Below, piece by piece: positions 24,400 through 37,187 of a DNA stretch of 64,000 nucleotides (positions are counted from its first letter, which is position 1; the number at the start of each line of letters is the position of its first letter). The notes under the pieces were generated by a model that was not told where the DNA came from, searched no databases, and saw only the letters and a program-made list of their open reading frames with translations. The stretch comes from Raillietiella orientalis. Its lineage: Eukaryota. A program made the translations under genes and the position numbers. The stretch covers positions 1,178,001-1,242,000 of the forward strand of contig JAYWIR010000030.1 in NCBI GenBank assembly GCA_036172245.1, in the 5' to 3' direction.

Positions 24400-26384
24400 C
24401 GTGCCCGGCACATGCTCCAAGGACGAGCTGTGCTACTCAGGGACGCCATCCGCAAGGGGTCTTGTAGTCAGAGACGACGTCCAGTATCTCGGAGGAGATG
24501 CTGCTGCAGAGGTTCTTGTTGTGGAGGTGGTGGTGGCCCCTGGCCGGGATGAAGGTGCTCCACGGTGTAGCTCTTGGAGAAGGGGAGGGGGAATTGGTGT
24601 GTCGCTGAGGACGGCGAGCTTGAAGGGCTGCAGCTTGGTGGCCGCTCGGCCCCATGTTGTTGCTGTTGACGTCCTTGAGGAGCGTCCGCGGTGCCAATAG
24701 CTCTCTGGCCGGGCGCCTCTACTCACTTGTCCTGGACTAGAGCCTACAAGGAGTAGCATCGAGGACACGAAGCAGGAGAGCATCACCAGGTGGGCACGGT
24801 CCGGCGGGTCATCCTCCGGGCCCGGGTGCATCGGGAAGCACAACCTGCACTCCGAGGCGTCGGCCACGACTCCAGTCCGGAGACGGACGCCTGCAGGCGG
24901 CAGTCCTCCTCCTCGGAGGCGACGGCGAGGGGAACGTCTTCCAGGTGCTTCCGGAAGACTCGACGGTGGCCGGGAAGGCAACGGCGTCCGTCGTGGAGGA
25001 ACGCTTGAGGTCATGCGCGTCGTCATCTTCCTCGGCGAAGGACGTGGACGATGATGAAGCTGCTCTCGGTTGGCCTTTGGACAGTGTGGAAGATTTTTGT
25101 AAGCTCCTAGGAAAACGATTCTTGCGTACCTAGCAATCCCTCCTCCCCGCCAAAAAAAGGAAAAAAGAAAAGCACTCCTGATGCGGGAAGTGATCCTGCA
25201 TGGGAAGAAGCGCTGGTCTCCCTGGAAAAACCTACATCGAGTTTCCCAGCCTTTCCTTCCCTGCAAACGCTCCCGCTGTTGCAGCAAATCCTGAATCCAT
25301 TAAGGTCCAACGTGTACAAATAGCTTCAGTTTCTTAGGAGTTGCGTCCATGTCTTTCTCCCCCCCTGGCGGCCAGCAAACCAACTAAAAGCGACGGCTGG
25401 GGGAGAATTCACTTTCTCATAAATTTGCCCCCTGGCATGGAGATCCTTTGACGGGGAGAAAGCTGCGTCCTGCGTTGGCGCGCTCGGGGAACACCTGCGC
25501 TCCACAGACTGCTGCCAGACGGGGCCTAATCCAGCGAGAAGTGGCTCGGAGGCGCTCGATGTGCCCAAGTGTCCTTGACTCGAGCGTCTCCCAGACCCCT
25601 CGCGAGGAATTCCGACTTCGGGACACAATCACCTTTTCGACCTTTTCGGGAAGCAGCACAAGGGGAACAGGAGCTCGGCCCAACCCATTTCTAAACCCTC
25701 CCCCTCAAGAGTTTGCGTTGCTGGTGCTGCATTGTGGAATCCCATGCAAGGAGCGTCTCCACCACTGGCCACGGGGGAGCGTGGGGGCTCAGTGCAGCAA
25801 GTGCGGGAAGAAGGAAACTCTCCCGCACCTTCTGCCGGACTGTGCCCTCCGTTCTCTTTGGGATCGCCTCTTGAAGACCCTAGGAATCTAGGTTGGCGGT
25901 CCCAGGAACATTTGCAAACGCCTCTTCGCGAGTGCCGCACTGCCGCCAGCCGTGTTCCTTGTAGTGCACTGCTGTCTTCGCAGGATCGTGGTGGCGTAGA
26001 AGGCCAGAAGAGACCGAAATGGAAGGGGCGCCATCCACTGGGTGACGATGTTTTTGAAGACTGCCTCGAGATGGCCCCGTCTGAGTGAGACACGGACAGA
26101 ACTTGCCAGCCACCTGAACAGAATGCTGAGGACGTCTCCCAGCAAATTGTGATACCATCCCCAATCCTCTCCCTAATGAAAATTATCCTCCCATTTTCCT
26201 TTTTCGTTTGCTTCTTTTTCTTTCCCGGTTTTCCCTTCCCCGTCTCTGTGGAAGCGGACATTGCCGGTCATGGCAAGCTGCAGGTACGTGATGCAACCAA
26301 GTTTCTCACCACAATTGAACATTTTAGTGAACTTTTATTATTATTTTATTTAACAATAAATGCCCCAGTAAAACCAGGTGGAAA
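24400..26384 (+). mobile_element. Internally deleted L1/Tx1-like element (ORF1 relic joined to zf-RVT and 3' UTR)
   Basis: ORF1-like LLTCPGLEPT (~24720); well-preserved CCHC CSKCGKKETLPHLLPDC (25793-25843); C-terminus homologous to the other copies; AATAAA at 26355. No RT core motifs seen. Confidence 0.7.
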
Positions 26385-26559
26385 GCCCATCCCTGGAGAC
26401 GGTCTGAAACGTGACCGGACATGACGCTCTAAAACGGAACCGGTCGCGCTTGACGCTGCCTCCCCACGTGAGAGCTCAGAGACAGCATCGGAAGGAAGAG
26501 ACCAAGCAATTAGGGATGCCTTCTCTGCTTTCGCCACCGGAGGCTTCGGCGAGGAGACG

Positions 26560-27540
26560 AGGACAGTGCGAGTCCACTAGCCTAAGGACGCCTTCCAGGG
26601 TGAAATTCCAGCGAAACTCTCCAGCAGCACAGCGGAATTTGCTTCCAGGAACTCCCCCTTTCCCGAGCCATCGCTGCCTGCGCCAAAATCGAAGAAATCC
26701 ATTTTTGGGTGGCCAACAAAATCCATTTCTTTGCCTTCCACGTGATTGCCACAAATAGCGGCCGCATCAATCAAAAGCGTCGAGGGAGCATTTCCTTCCA
26801 TCCTTGAAGATCGTGCAGGCCGCATCCGGAGGGGCGCGTTCCGTTCCCGGGCAGGCGGGCTGCAGGTGGGAGGAGGAGCATGAAGGAAGCGAGAAGAGAT
26901 GCGGCGAGAAGCCAGTGTTTGCCAAGCGAGCACGTCTCATCAGTCTCCCGACGACGGCAGGTGGTGAACGACAGGTAATCGACGAGGAAAGGGGGAGGGG
27001 GACCGATAAATCTCCCTTTCGAGCCGATAGGGGGTGAGATCGAGACTTTTGGGCCGGGATGGAGGGGAATGCAAGACGAGCAGCACTGGGGACTCTCTGC
27101 CACTCGGGTTGGGAGCGCCTCGCTCCTCGAATTGATAAGGGCACGGCTTGCGGGTGCTGGCACGTCAGGTGGGTGTTTCCCGAGCGGCACGCGCGCGGTC
27201 GTTCCCATCCAGGAACGAGGAACCTCCCCTATGCAACGAACTGCTGCGCTGGCAATGCGCAAGCAGAGAACTGGGAGATTCGATGTCCAGAGTGACGAGG
27301 GGAGGACGCTGCTGGAGTTTCTTGAGGGCTCTTTGTTCAGCTTTCCTCGAGAACGCAGCTGCGCAAGATGGGCAACGACGAAGGCGAATCCCGTCTGGGA
27401 CGAACCTCTTCTTTGTGCAGATCACGCACTCCTAGAAGGATCCCTTGGATCTTGGAGGGAATCGGGATGGGCAGACGGTCTCCGTCTGAAGCTGGAGCTC
27501 GTCTGATGCTGAAGCTTTCCTGGTTCCTCTCTCTGACGGT
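26560..27540 (+). mobile_element. Possible DIRS-like RT fragment
   Basis: Weak motifs PKDAFQ (DLKDAY-like), LRVLARQVG...AVVP and EGRTLLEF. Confidence 0.3.
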
Positions 27541-28296
27541 CCATTCTGGTAAAGATGGAACCGAAGGAGGAAGAAAGCACTCCCGAAGGGGTGCTTCCAG
27601 AAAAAAAAACCATCAGCAGCATTTTGTTGGCATAGTCAATGGAGGAGCCGAAGTTCCTGAAAAAAGCACTTCCAGCAGTCCTCCAAAAGTCGGTGGTCCA
27701 CCAGGCGCGATTCCAGCTTAGCGAGGCGTGAATCGCTTAGCAAAGAAGGCAGCAGCCATATCGCCTTTTTCCTTGTTGCTTCTCACGTGATGCAGAGGAG
27801 GAGCTCCAATCCATCTGTGCCGTTCGAGTTTCTTCTTTGCCGGAACAGATGACTCAGCTGCTGATCACACACGGTGGAAACCTCTGCAGATCCGCGGAAA
27901 CAATCTTTGCTCTATCCAGGTTACTTCCGTCCATCAACGTAGCTACGGCTTCGGCCGTCCGCGTGCGTTAGCTGCCCCTGCTTCTTCCTCTGCGGATGGT
28001 CAGCACTTCATTTACCTACAAATGCTATGAGCCTAAGTGGGCTTCGTTCGCGAGCCTCGGTACTCGGACTTTGCTGACCGCGGCATTCGTAATGAGGACG
28101 GTGAAGAGCAAAATCGAAGAACGTGTCTGCGAGCTACATTCGAGCATGCGAACGACTACTCGCTCGTGAAAAGAGGGAACAATGTATATATGTATTTGTT
28201 CCTTCTGTCCATCCAGTCCACTGTATATATATGTGTATAATATTGTATATATACTCTGGAGTAGATAAAGGAAAGAAAGAAGTAGCTAACGGCCCG

Positions 28297-28350
28297 TTTT
28301 GGCGGTCGTATGGCCACGGTCTCCGCTCGTGGCACCAGGAGTTGCGGGAA
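28297..28350 (+). mobile_element. SINE head fragment
   Basis: TTGGCGGTCGTATGGCCACGGTCTCCGCTCGTGGCACC matches the SINE 5' end seen at 23554 and 60129. Confidence 0.45.
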
Positions 28351-28829
28351 TCGGAACAAGAGTGCCTACGCGGACACATTGACTCGTGTTGCTGAGAAAC
28401 CCATACGATCACGTAAAAAAACATTTCCTTCTCTTTTTGCTATGCCTGAGACGGACGCTTCTTGGCTGCTGAAGTTCATTCCTGTGGGGACGGGCGTCCC
28501 CCGGCTACTAGATGACTCGCACCCTTTTCTGAGACCAAGCCCTCGAAGGTAGGCAACAGCGATACGAGAAGACGAGGAACCGGACCGGGCTGTGTGGCTG
28601 AACCAGCTGAGGACGTATTAGCGAGAATCGTTCGGGAAACCTCGAATGTAGGGTGGGAGTGCGGGGCGTTTTAGGAGTGGCGAAGGTGGAGCCAAGGTCG
28701 ACGAAGAGCAAGGTCAGCAGCAGCGCAAGAACGTATGGACGGTCTATCGGTCCAGCCCTTACAAACCCGTGATCACCGTTGGAGCTGCGAGGTGCCGCAG
28801 GCGAGCCATCGATCTGGAGGCATCACACG

Positions 28830-29150
28830 GAGATGAGCTGACCATGAAATGCAAAGACACCGACACGGCGATCAGCCGATACTCCCGAGGTGAGCTGGCG
28901 ATACGGAGATCATTTGACGTCACGATGATCAGCCAAAGACAACAAGATGAGACGGAGACCCGACCGAGCATGCGTCAGCGACAGAACTTACGTTCGTCGG
29001 CACTGTGATGAGTCGGCGACACGATAATCGCTCAACGACCGGGCACTGAGCCGAAGGTCCCATGACGAAGCGACTACGTGGTGATGTGGCGAAAACACGG
29101 AGATGACCTCATATGATGATGAGCCAACGACAAGGTCACGAGTCGACGAG
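28830..29150. repeat. Degenerate dispersed short repeat, consensus ~GATGAGCCGACGACAC
   Basis: Variants GATGAGCTGACC, GATCAGCCGATAC, GATCAGCCAAAGACAAC, GATGAGACGGAGAC, GATGAGTCGGCGACAC, GATGAGCCAACGACAA. Confidence 0.45.
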
Positions 29151-29191
29151 CTGCCTGACCAATACAACTCTGTTGGCTAGAATCCCCATAT

Positions 29192-29760
29192 GGAGGATCG
29201 ATGTCAAAGAGAATGGGGGGTGGCGTGTTGGGTTCCGAGTTCTCCTTGCAAGATGACACTGGTTGGTCCGCTCGTGTGCGACACCGGTGGAGGCCAGAAA
29301 CCGGGTGTCCCCGTTGACTGGCCGGGATCGGAAAGGACCCTCTGGGATCTTACCAGAAATCAAGGACTCAGTTCCCTTGGGGGTTACCCCTCCGGTTGTG
29401 AAAACGGAGCTGTACCATGGAGCTCGATGATATCCCCCTCGGGGGGTTTCCTTTCTAAAGTGTCAGAAGTGCTCTGCTCCCTCCGGGGTTCACTTCAGAA
29501 GGGTAACAAGGAGCGGTTCCCTTGCGGGTTCCCTGCGGAGAGAATAAGGAAGAGATTTTATTCGGGATTGCCTACCGAGAGTAGGAGGAACGGATTCCTT
29601 CCTCTGGAGCCTTCCTGGATTCATAGGATGATTTCTCAGGGATAACCCTCCCTAACTTGAAAAGTTACGCGCACCCTCGGCGTGTAACTCTTAAAGTGGA
29701 CAGTGTTGAAGAGCTTCCCTAAGGAGGCGAACGGTTCTTCAGCACTTGGAGAAAGGAAGA
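29192..29760 (+). mobile_element. tRNA-derived SINE, 5'-truncated copy
   Basis: Shares blocks GAGAATGGGGGG, GGAGCCTTCCTGGATTCATAGG and AACGGTTCTTCAGCACTTGG with the copies at 51517 and 60129. Confidence 0.8.
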
Positions 29761-29949
29761 CAGATGCTTGAACCATATCTTCTACAGCCTGCATTAGCTG
29801 CTGGCAGAGCCCTCCCTTATCCCTTGTTCTAGGTGGGGCCACTCCATCACCGAGGAGCCGATGCGTGTGGCCTTCCGTCTTTCTGAAGCAACTCCTGAGA
29901 GTAGCGGAAAGCCACGATCCTTCTAACTCAGTACAAGATTGAGATCGGG

Positions 29950-32520
29950 CCAACAGGCAAAAACTTTTCGTGCTTAAGGAAGGACAGGAACTGCTCCTTC
30001 GGGGTAATGGAAGCTGTGTCTGGTTGGGTACCTATTTTTGCAGGACTGGGATCGTTGGAATGTTTGGTAGAAGACCAAGGCCAAACGCTCATTCTTTCGC
30101 TACTCTCCAGAACTTCTTCAAAGACCGAACGAAGGGAGATCGGAGAAGAATGTCAAAGATGTGGATGTTCTTGTGAAATTCAATTTAAACACGAAAGAGA
30201 CTTGAGGAAATGCAGAACCAATTCCCGTTATCTCTCGGGAGTGCCTACTTTTGCTAAAGATTTTCGGCTGAGCATCACATTGAATTTTCCCCTTTTTTAT
30301 TTCGAGCTGGATGCCTTCCAAGGCCTCTGGGTTCCAGGAGGCAGGGTGTAAAGCCAGCTGAAAATCCAAGCAATGCGAGTTTCTGAACTCATTAATATGC
30401 AAAGACTGACTGTTCCAGGAAGCAGTGATGCCACGGCTGGCTGGTGGAAGAGCAGGCTGCAAGAGGGATTCCCCTTTTGCGGGAGCGATGTCACTTCTCA
30501 AGCGGCAGACCGTATTTGTTGGAATGCGAACGTTTGGTTGACTCATTGAGGATGAAGAATTACATCCGTCAGAAGCAAAAAATAAAATCCCTCTCTTCCC
30601 TGCGGGAACGGGGACGTTATTTTATAGGGTAATAAAGTGGGTGCGGGATCTCTGGGCAGGAGCAACACTTTGGACGTGTTCCCCCTTCCCCCCCCCTTGA
30701 GGTAGGAAGCATTCTGAACCACTTGTCTAAACCGAGAGATGGTTGTGCTGTCTCACCGCGCTCACCGTGCTGGCGGTGCAGCTAGGGAGAACTCGCGGGA
30801 AAGACGTCCCCACGGGATCGCACACCTGGCTCGTTGTCCACGTAATCTCGGCAACGTGCAAGGCAGATCCTTCTAGTCGAGAGAGATGCAGGCATCCCCT
30901 GATAAGCTGACGTTCCATGCCCTGAGATCACACGCACCCTTGAGGTATCGCTCCTTTTGGCATCGCTTCACAAACCAAAGGATTCATGCGGAAGCAAATC
31001 TCCATGCGGGCCCACACAGCCCTCTCGCTCCTATGAGAGGGTCAGCAGACGTCGACCGACCGATGCTGCCTTGGGTTGAATAAATCTGTGTTCCTTGACC
31101 AGATTCTTCCACTCTGGTGGAAGCAGACTTTCGCCTCAGGGTCGAAGATTTGCAGCACCGCCTCTGATCGCTGAGGTTGTCTGGCAGAATGCGCAACTCT
31201 TAGCATTATGGGGGAGAAGCGGAACGGCTGCTCTGCGGTGCCAACAAGCGGTGCTAGAGATGGCCTCTACTCACGTTACCAATGAACAAACCGCTGGATT
31301 CCACCTCAAGACAGGGAAATCGAGAGTTGCCCCTGTGTTGGTCTCGGGGTCTTGCCGCATGCTGATGCTCCCTGCATCTCTTCGCGACTGCTTTCCAACT
31401 GGCACACGGTGAGGTTCTTGCGCGTGTGATGGAATGTCCTGAGTCGTTTCCGCCTCAGGGGACCCTACGACTCGATTCCGCCTCCTTGAGATTCTGTCAT
31501 CCCTTACCGCAATACCAGGATTAGTAAAAGTGTGCGCCAGGTCCAGTGGCAGCCAGTGGTCTGATCGCGTTCGGCCACTTCGTAGCTGCTGCAAGAAACA
31601 TTCAGAAGGACCGGCTACAAGGCGCAGAAAAGTGAAGTCCATTCAGCTCTGTCAGAATAAATGCATGCCCAAGTGTGTGTGTGTGTGTGTGTGTGTGCGT
31701 GTGTGTGTGTGTGTGTGTTTGGAGGAAGAGGAGACTGCGCGCATGCATGCTTCTCTGGTAGCCCAAGGCTCTTTCTGGCGGCCAAATTATTCAAAGTACT
31801 TTTGCTTTGAACGTTCGTAACGTTTCCTGTCAAATCAAAACCGCTCTTATCACTTTGATATTCGCCACGCCACCTGTCTCGAGACCATGGAAACGTTACT
31901 TTGCATCTTTGTGGTGATCTTCCCGTGAGGGGGAATTGTGCCACACTGGGTCAACCCACGACAGGGAGGAGCAAACTCCGAGCATTCGGTCCACATTCCG
32001 GAAAGTAGACCAACATACTGGCCGCCAGATGGATGGAGTGTCAGATATCAAGCTGATAAGAACGAAGAAGGGATGCAGGAATGCACGTGAAAGGGAGTCT
32101 TTCCTTAGTAGTAGAGCATCGGGTCTCCCTTCACACTTTTCCTGTTAGCGCAAGTCGTTCCTGTAATGAGGCAACTGCAGATCTGCATGTTGTTATTTCT
32201 GGTTTCGGTTGTTTTATGTCTATCACAAGCACGAAACGGGATGTTTGTATCCTTTGACTCTGCACAGCAGCCCCGTATTTTACGTAATAAACTGCCCTGC
32301 AGGCAATAAAACACTCTGGAAGCACAAACGGTCTCTTGTGGCGCAGACCTTGGTGCGAGATCCCATTTTGACTTGGACAGACTTCCTCGCATCCAGAAAC
32401 TGCGCTGCCGTCACCGCTTGTGCTTCTTGCGCGTATTCGCTCTTTGGATGCTTGGAGCTTCCCGGACACGGGCAATCCCTACATCACACACGCTTCCATG
32501 TAATCAGCATCCTGAATCCC
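29950..32520 (+). mobile_element. Decayed DIRS-like retrotransposon (RT/RNase H, methyltransferase-like domain, tyrosine recombinase)
   Basis: In order: AGWWKSRL; TALTVLAVQLGRTRG...VHVI...KADPSSR (RNase H AD.LSR-like); EVSLLLAS and LIAEVVW (MT-like); recombinase-like HSALS, QGSFWRPNYSKY, SSREGEL and terminal QSLHHTRFH. Confidence 0.55.
31673..31718. repeat. (GT)n microsatellite
   Basis: About 23 GT units with one GC interruption. Confidence 0.98.
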
Positions 32521-32679
32521 GCCAATTACGAAAGCATAATGTGAACACTGCTCCCGCCTAATAATAGCAACCGGAATGGAAGGCGGCCCTAGATTTCTTC
32601 GTCTTTCGTCATTTCCATAAACGGAAAGGAGGATAAGAATGCCATCTTCCCCCTCCGCACACTTACACACATACAGAAA

Positions 32680-35600
32680 TGGCGACGGGATTCGGGGAAG
32701 AGCCGAAGAGGCCCTTTTCAGAAAGAGTCCACTGTGGTGTCCAGTAGCGGACCAGGAAAGTGGAGACGGGGTCGCGCCCATGACCCTCGCAAGTGCGAGC
32801 ACTTTGGATTCCCGCGCAACGCGAAATTCGCAGAGCTCGGCGGCGTTGCGACGGGATGCGCTAGACTGATCCCGCGACCCGGTGCTTCCGGCACGCCTCT
32901 CTTGGTTGCGTTGCTCCACCGCCGGCTCGTGCCTCCTATTTGCGTTGCATTCGCGCGGCGTTTTCCTTCACGAGTTCGATGGGGGCTGCTAGTCATGACG
33001 GCCGACCTCGCGATCGACTTGTTCTCGAAGCTGTGGGTCACGCGCTTGTTAGGCATGGGCAAGTCTTTCGTAGGCCCGGAACAGACTTGAGCTGTCCCCG
33101 GGAGCGGTCCATGGTTGCGAACCTCCTTTTCGTGCGCACATGGTTCGCGCTTCAGGGTTGCGTCGCTCAGCAAGGCCGCGCAGCGGAAAGAGCCGCTGCC
33201 GCAGGCAAGCGGACGCGCAGACGGCAAGAGGGAACGACGGGTGACTTGGCAGTCGCTGTCGATCTCCACAGGGCGCTCGACTGCATCAACTAGGAGCTTC
33301 TTGCGGAACTCTTGGAACGCCTCGGGCGTCCAGCACACCTCCAGTCCGCTTCCTCTCCTGCTGGTGCCACGAGCTAATCTGCATTTCTTTCGGCGGCTGC
33401 CACGTGTACGGGATTCCCGCGCGCAGAGGCATCAAGCAGGGCAGCAGCTTAAGCCTCACGCTCTTCAGCATCTTCGAGTTGGTGCTGAAAGAGCACAGGC
33501 TGATGCTGGCTGACCTTCCAAGCTCGGGCACGCCGGCCGTGACCCCCTATGCGGACGACCTGCTTCTCCTTTTACCCATGTCCATCTCGGAGTCTAGTCT
33601 CGAGGATTTCTTCGAGCTGATTCGTCGGGGAGCGAGCGTGCGCGCTGACAGGAGCAAGAGCATGGTCGTCCCAGTGGGCACATAGTGGGAGGGGTAGTTC
33701 GGCTGAATCAGCCTTGAGATCCCTACGGGCAGGTACTTAAAGTACCTTGACGTTCCGTTGGGTGTCTTCGGCGCTGTCTAAGCGTTGTCAGACTACCTCC
33801 ATAAGGCCGAGCTGGCTCTCAACCCGTTCTTTCATGGAAAGTTCAACTTGTCGGAACGGTCGTGGAATCAGGAACACCTTCGTGACCCCCTTCCTTCGCC
33901 CTATGTTCTTTGTTTGTGTTCGCTCTCTTACGAGGCGAAGAGCCGAATCCAACTCCTGTTGAGGAACGTCCTCTGGGGACCAGCGAGGTCCAGGATCCGC
34001 CTCAAGGCCTTGGCGGATCCGCGTCGGGATGCCGGCTCGGGCATCCGGACGTTGGAGAGAATCGGGCCGCAGGAGCAGTTCCGAATGCTGACACTCTGTC
34101 CTCAAACTGTGAGCTTCCCTGTTTTGTGAGCCTGCACGCATCATCCGGAGGTGCGCCAGCAGCGAAGAACCGCTCTCGTTGCTACGAAGCACCCTCTACA
34201 AGATGCAGAGATTCGGTTTGCCCCTGAGGCATCTGGCCCCTCTAGGGGAAGCTCAAGCATGGATTTCCTGCCGTCCAATGAACTTGAGTGCCTGGCGCCA
34301 GGAGGCTGTTGAGTCCTGGGTTGAATTCCAGGGATCCGTCCGGAAAGTCTTTGCACCCTGCAACACTTCCTGCCATGACCTTTGTAAGTGGCGATGTTGG
34401 ACATGGAAAGGAAGTCGATCCTGGAAGCCAACCCTTTGCCGCAACGCCGTATGCCTTCAGGGCAAGCGATGACAGCTGCCAACCGGTGGGGTGGGAGTTA
34501 TCTTGAGCCATTGAGGGAAGGACTATGCTCCTGGGAGGCTAGAAGACGTGCGAGCTGGTGAGTGCCGCCACTCAGCGTGCCGTAGCAATGGGGCTCCTTC
34601 GGTGGAGTGAACTTGCCCCCGAGGAACTTGTGGTGCCTGACCAATGTCTGGACGCTTCTGCGTGTCCGCTCTCCTGAAAACAGACTGTGCTGCTGTTCTT
34701 CACTGGGGATTCCAGTGCAGCAAGCGCTGGCAAAGGGTTGCATCCCCGAACTGTGCCAGATGCGGGTCGGCGGGCACAGCTCGAGGTATCCCTCACCCGG
34801 CACCGTTCGGGTATGGTTTCTCAGGAGACTTAGTACCGACTGAACCATGCTCAAAGGCCGTTGCCATGGAACCCTTCTCCGTGTCCTCCAGGTTCTCTAG
34901 AATCTCACCTTCATGGGATTCGATGAGCGTCGCATCGGGCGCCATAACCCAACGTTTGGTTCATCCCACAGCGCCAGTTCTGCTCACCGGAATGGACTCA
35001 CTTTGCGCTCATGAACCCGAACAGTCCAGGTTTTGGCTTTCAAGCAAGCCGGACTTCTCACCCATTCCAAGTTCGAGAACAGGTCGAGGTCATTTCGACC
35101 CCAGGGCTTCGAATCTTTACCGAATGAGACTCCGTTCTTTTCCCGCTTCCCTCGGAAGCGACAGCTATTCCGAGGGGCGCTTCGGGGGGAACTAGCAGCT
35201 ACCAGATAGTTTGATTCGTCTTTCGTCCCCCTGACCAGCTCTGACAACCAGTTGGCACTTCGGGATCGCTGCGGAGCTCCTCCTCCACCAGGGTTTTCTC
35301 TGGCTTCGTTTGGACCAGGCAGGGGTCCAACATCTTTGCGGCAGATCTCGGGCGGAGTCGGTTCCGCTCTTGGACTTGCGGTGCCATGCGAGAAACGTGA
35401 CGGAGGCTGGCGTCAGCTCTCCTGCACCAGGAGGACGCACCGCCCGTGACCTGCTGAGGCGGCTCTTCGCGCCGGACTTTCGAAGTGCGCAGTGACCGCA
35501 TCCAGTTCAGTGCCGTGACGATGGCTGCCCGCCATGTGCTGGAGTCGACGGCGAAGGTCACTGGGGTGGCAGCCACCTACACGAGGACAGGGTGGTCTCA

Positions 35601-35996
35601 CCCGCAAGAAGAAGTCACCGACATCCAGCGCCGGTTCTGAAGTGAAGAAGTGGCGGATACCGGTCACCCTTGTCCCCAGTCTCCCTTTATTTATTTTATT
35701 TATTGACTACTCCCCTTTGGATTTATCCCGGTTTGTTTTTCTCCATATACTCATCCCGGTGTATGCGGAGCGAACCTAAAGACCCCAGCCCTCTCCTTCC
35801 CGTACTCCCTTATTTTTTTTTGCCGTCCCCCTCTTCTCCTTCCCTCCTGGATATCCCGGCCTGCGTGCTGGTGGGCTACCCTTTCCCCGAACCTCTTTTG
35901 TCTTCGGATGGGAACCGGCGTGTTCCCGACTGGTTTTGCTTTTATGGAACAAACATCCCCGGCGTGACCGGGTGAAAAACTTGACCGGGTGAACAC
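32680..35996 (+). mobile_element. 5'-truncated L1/Tx1-like element with recognisable reverse transcriptase
   Basis: LFSKLWVTRL...VGPEQT; RSMVANL; VDLHRALDCI; RGIKQGSSLSLTLF; YADD (33548-33559); RSKS; KYL; VLWGPARSRIRL...PRRDAG. Followed by a T-rich 3' UTR and the terminal CCCCGGCGTGACCGGGTG motif. Pseudogenised. Confidence 0.85.
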
Positions 35997-37187
35997 GTGG
36001 CCGCCGTTCCGCGGGTTCATCCGTCTCGGAGAGTTACCCCTTTGTCAGGGGGCGCGGCCCTTCCAGCTCTTTGGCAGGAGAGTCCCGCTTCTCCCGCAGA
36101 ATTGGAGCAGTGCCTGCATAATCATCCTGCCGCTCTGCGGCGCTACCCCTTTCCCCCCTCTCTCTCTGTCTTCTTCCCAGCCTCCGTGTAGATCGCTCGT
36201 CTCGAACACCCCTCCCCCGGAATGCGGCAGCCTGGTAACGGTGGAGAGGGTGGCAACGCGCATCTGCCGTGCCCTCTTCGTCGCGCGAAATTTTCCACGC
36301 TCCCCTCTCCCCCACCCCTCCCCCAGATTGACGGGAGGAGTTCCTCAACTCGGGAGGCAGCTGGGTTTTTCCATCCTCCCCCGCGCAGGATCTTCGGAAA
36401 TCTGCAAACTTCCTTCACGGACACGCGCGCGCGAGAGAGAGGCGGGGCCGCTCGGGGGGACGGCGAGGGCTGGGCGATCATCTCCGGCCCTTGCGACGCC
36501 GGGATTTGACGCGCCTCTGAGATGCTGCCTGGTGACACGCACACGCGAGGAAATGGACCAGAAAAAGGGGGGAGGGGAGAAAAAAAAAAAAAAAAAATCG
36601 ATCGCTTCGGGAGGCGGTCGGAGGCGCGCATCCCAGGGCCAAGGTGTCGTCGCTGTCGTGTTGAGGTGGACAAGAGCGCCTTCCCCCCTCCTTCCTCGCC
36701 GCCGCCGTTGCCGATTCGAGATCGCTCCGCAGTTCCCAAGGACTTCCCAGGTCGCCCTCCCAACGGTGCCAGGAGCGAATCGTCTGGAGCACCGGATCGA
36801 TCTCTTTCGTGAATCCCAGACGGAAGCTGCGGCGAAAGAACTGCGGAGGATGCACAGCAACTGCACACCCTTCTCCTTCCGAGCCGTTCCCCTGGCAACC
36901 GGGGGGCGAGGCGAACCGCTTCCCCGCCTCTTCCTCTTCCTCCTGAGACTCCAGAGGACGGGATCGTGATCCTCCCTTGCCTGTGCCCTGGAGGACGGGG
37001 GCAGGCAAGGAGTAGGAGGGAGGGGGCGACGCATCTTCTTCCTCGGGGTGCGTCTCCTTGGCGGCGCCTCCGAGGAGACAACCCGCGCACGGGAAGCGGG
37101 AGCGGAGGGGAGAGAGCCGCAAGGCGGGCGGGCGGGATCGCGACGGGACGCCTCGAGGATCCAGCCCAGGGATCGTCGTCTCCAGAC

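Noticed and set aside
28830..29150. CRISPR-like array
   Set aside because: Repeats are short, divergent and irregularly spaced, the context is eukaryotic, and there are no cas genes.
30736..30910. WLCCLTALTVLAVQLGRTRG looked like a signal peptide for GluCl
   Set aside because: No in-frame ATG or phase-2 donor; better explained as a DIRS-like RNase H relic.
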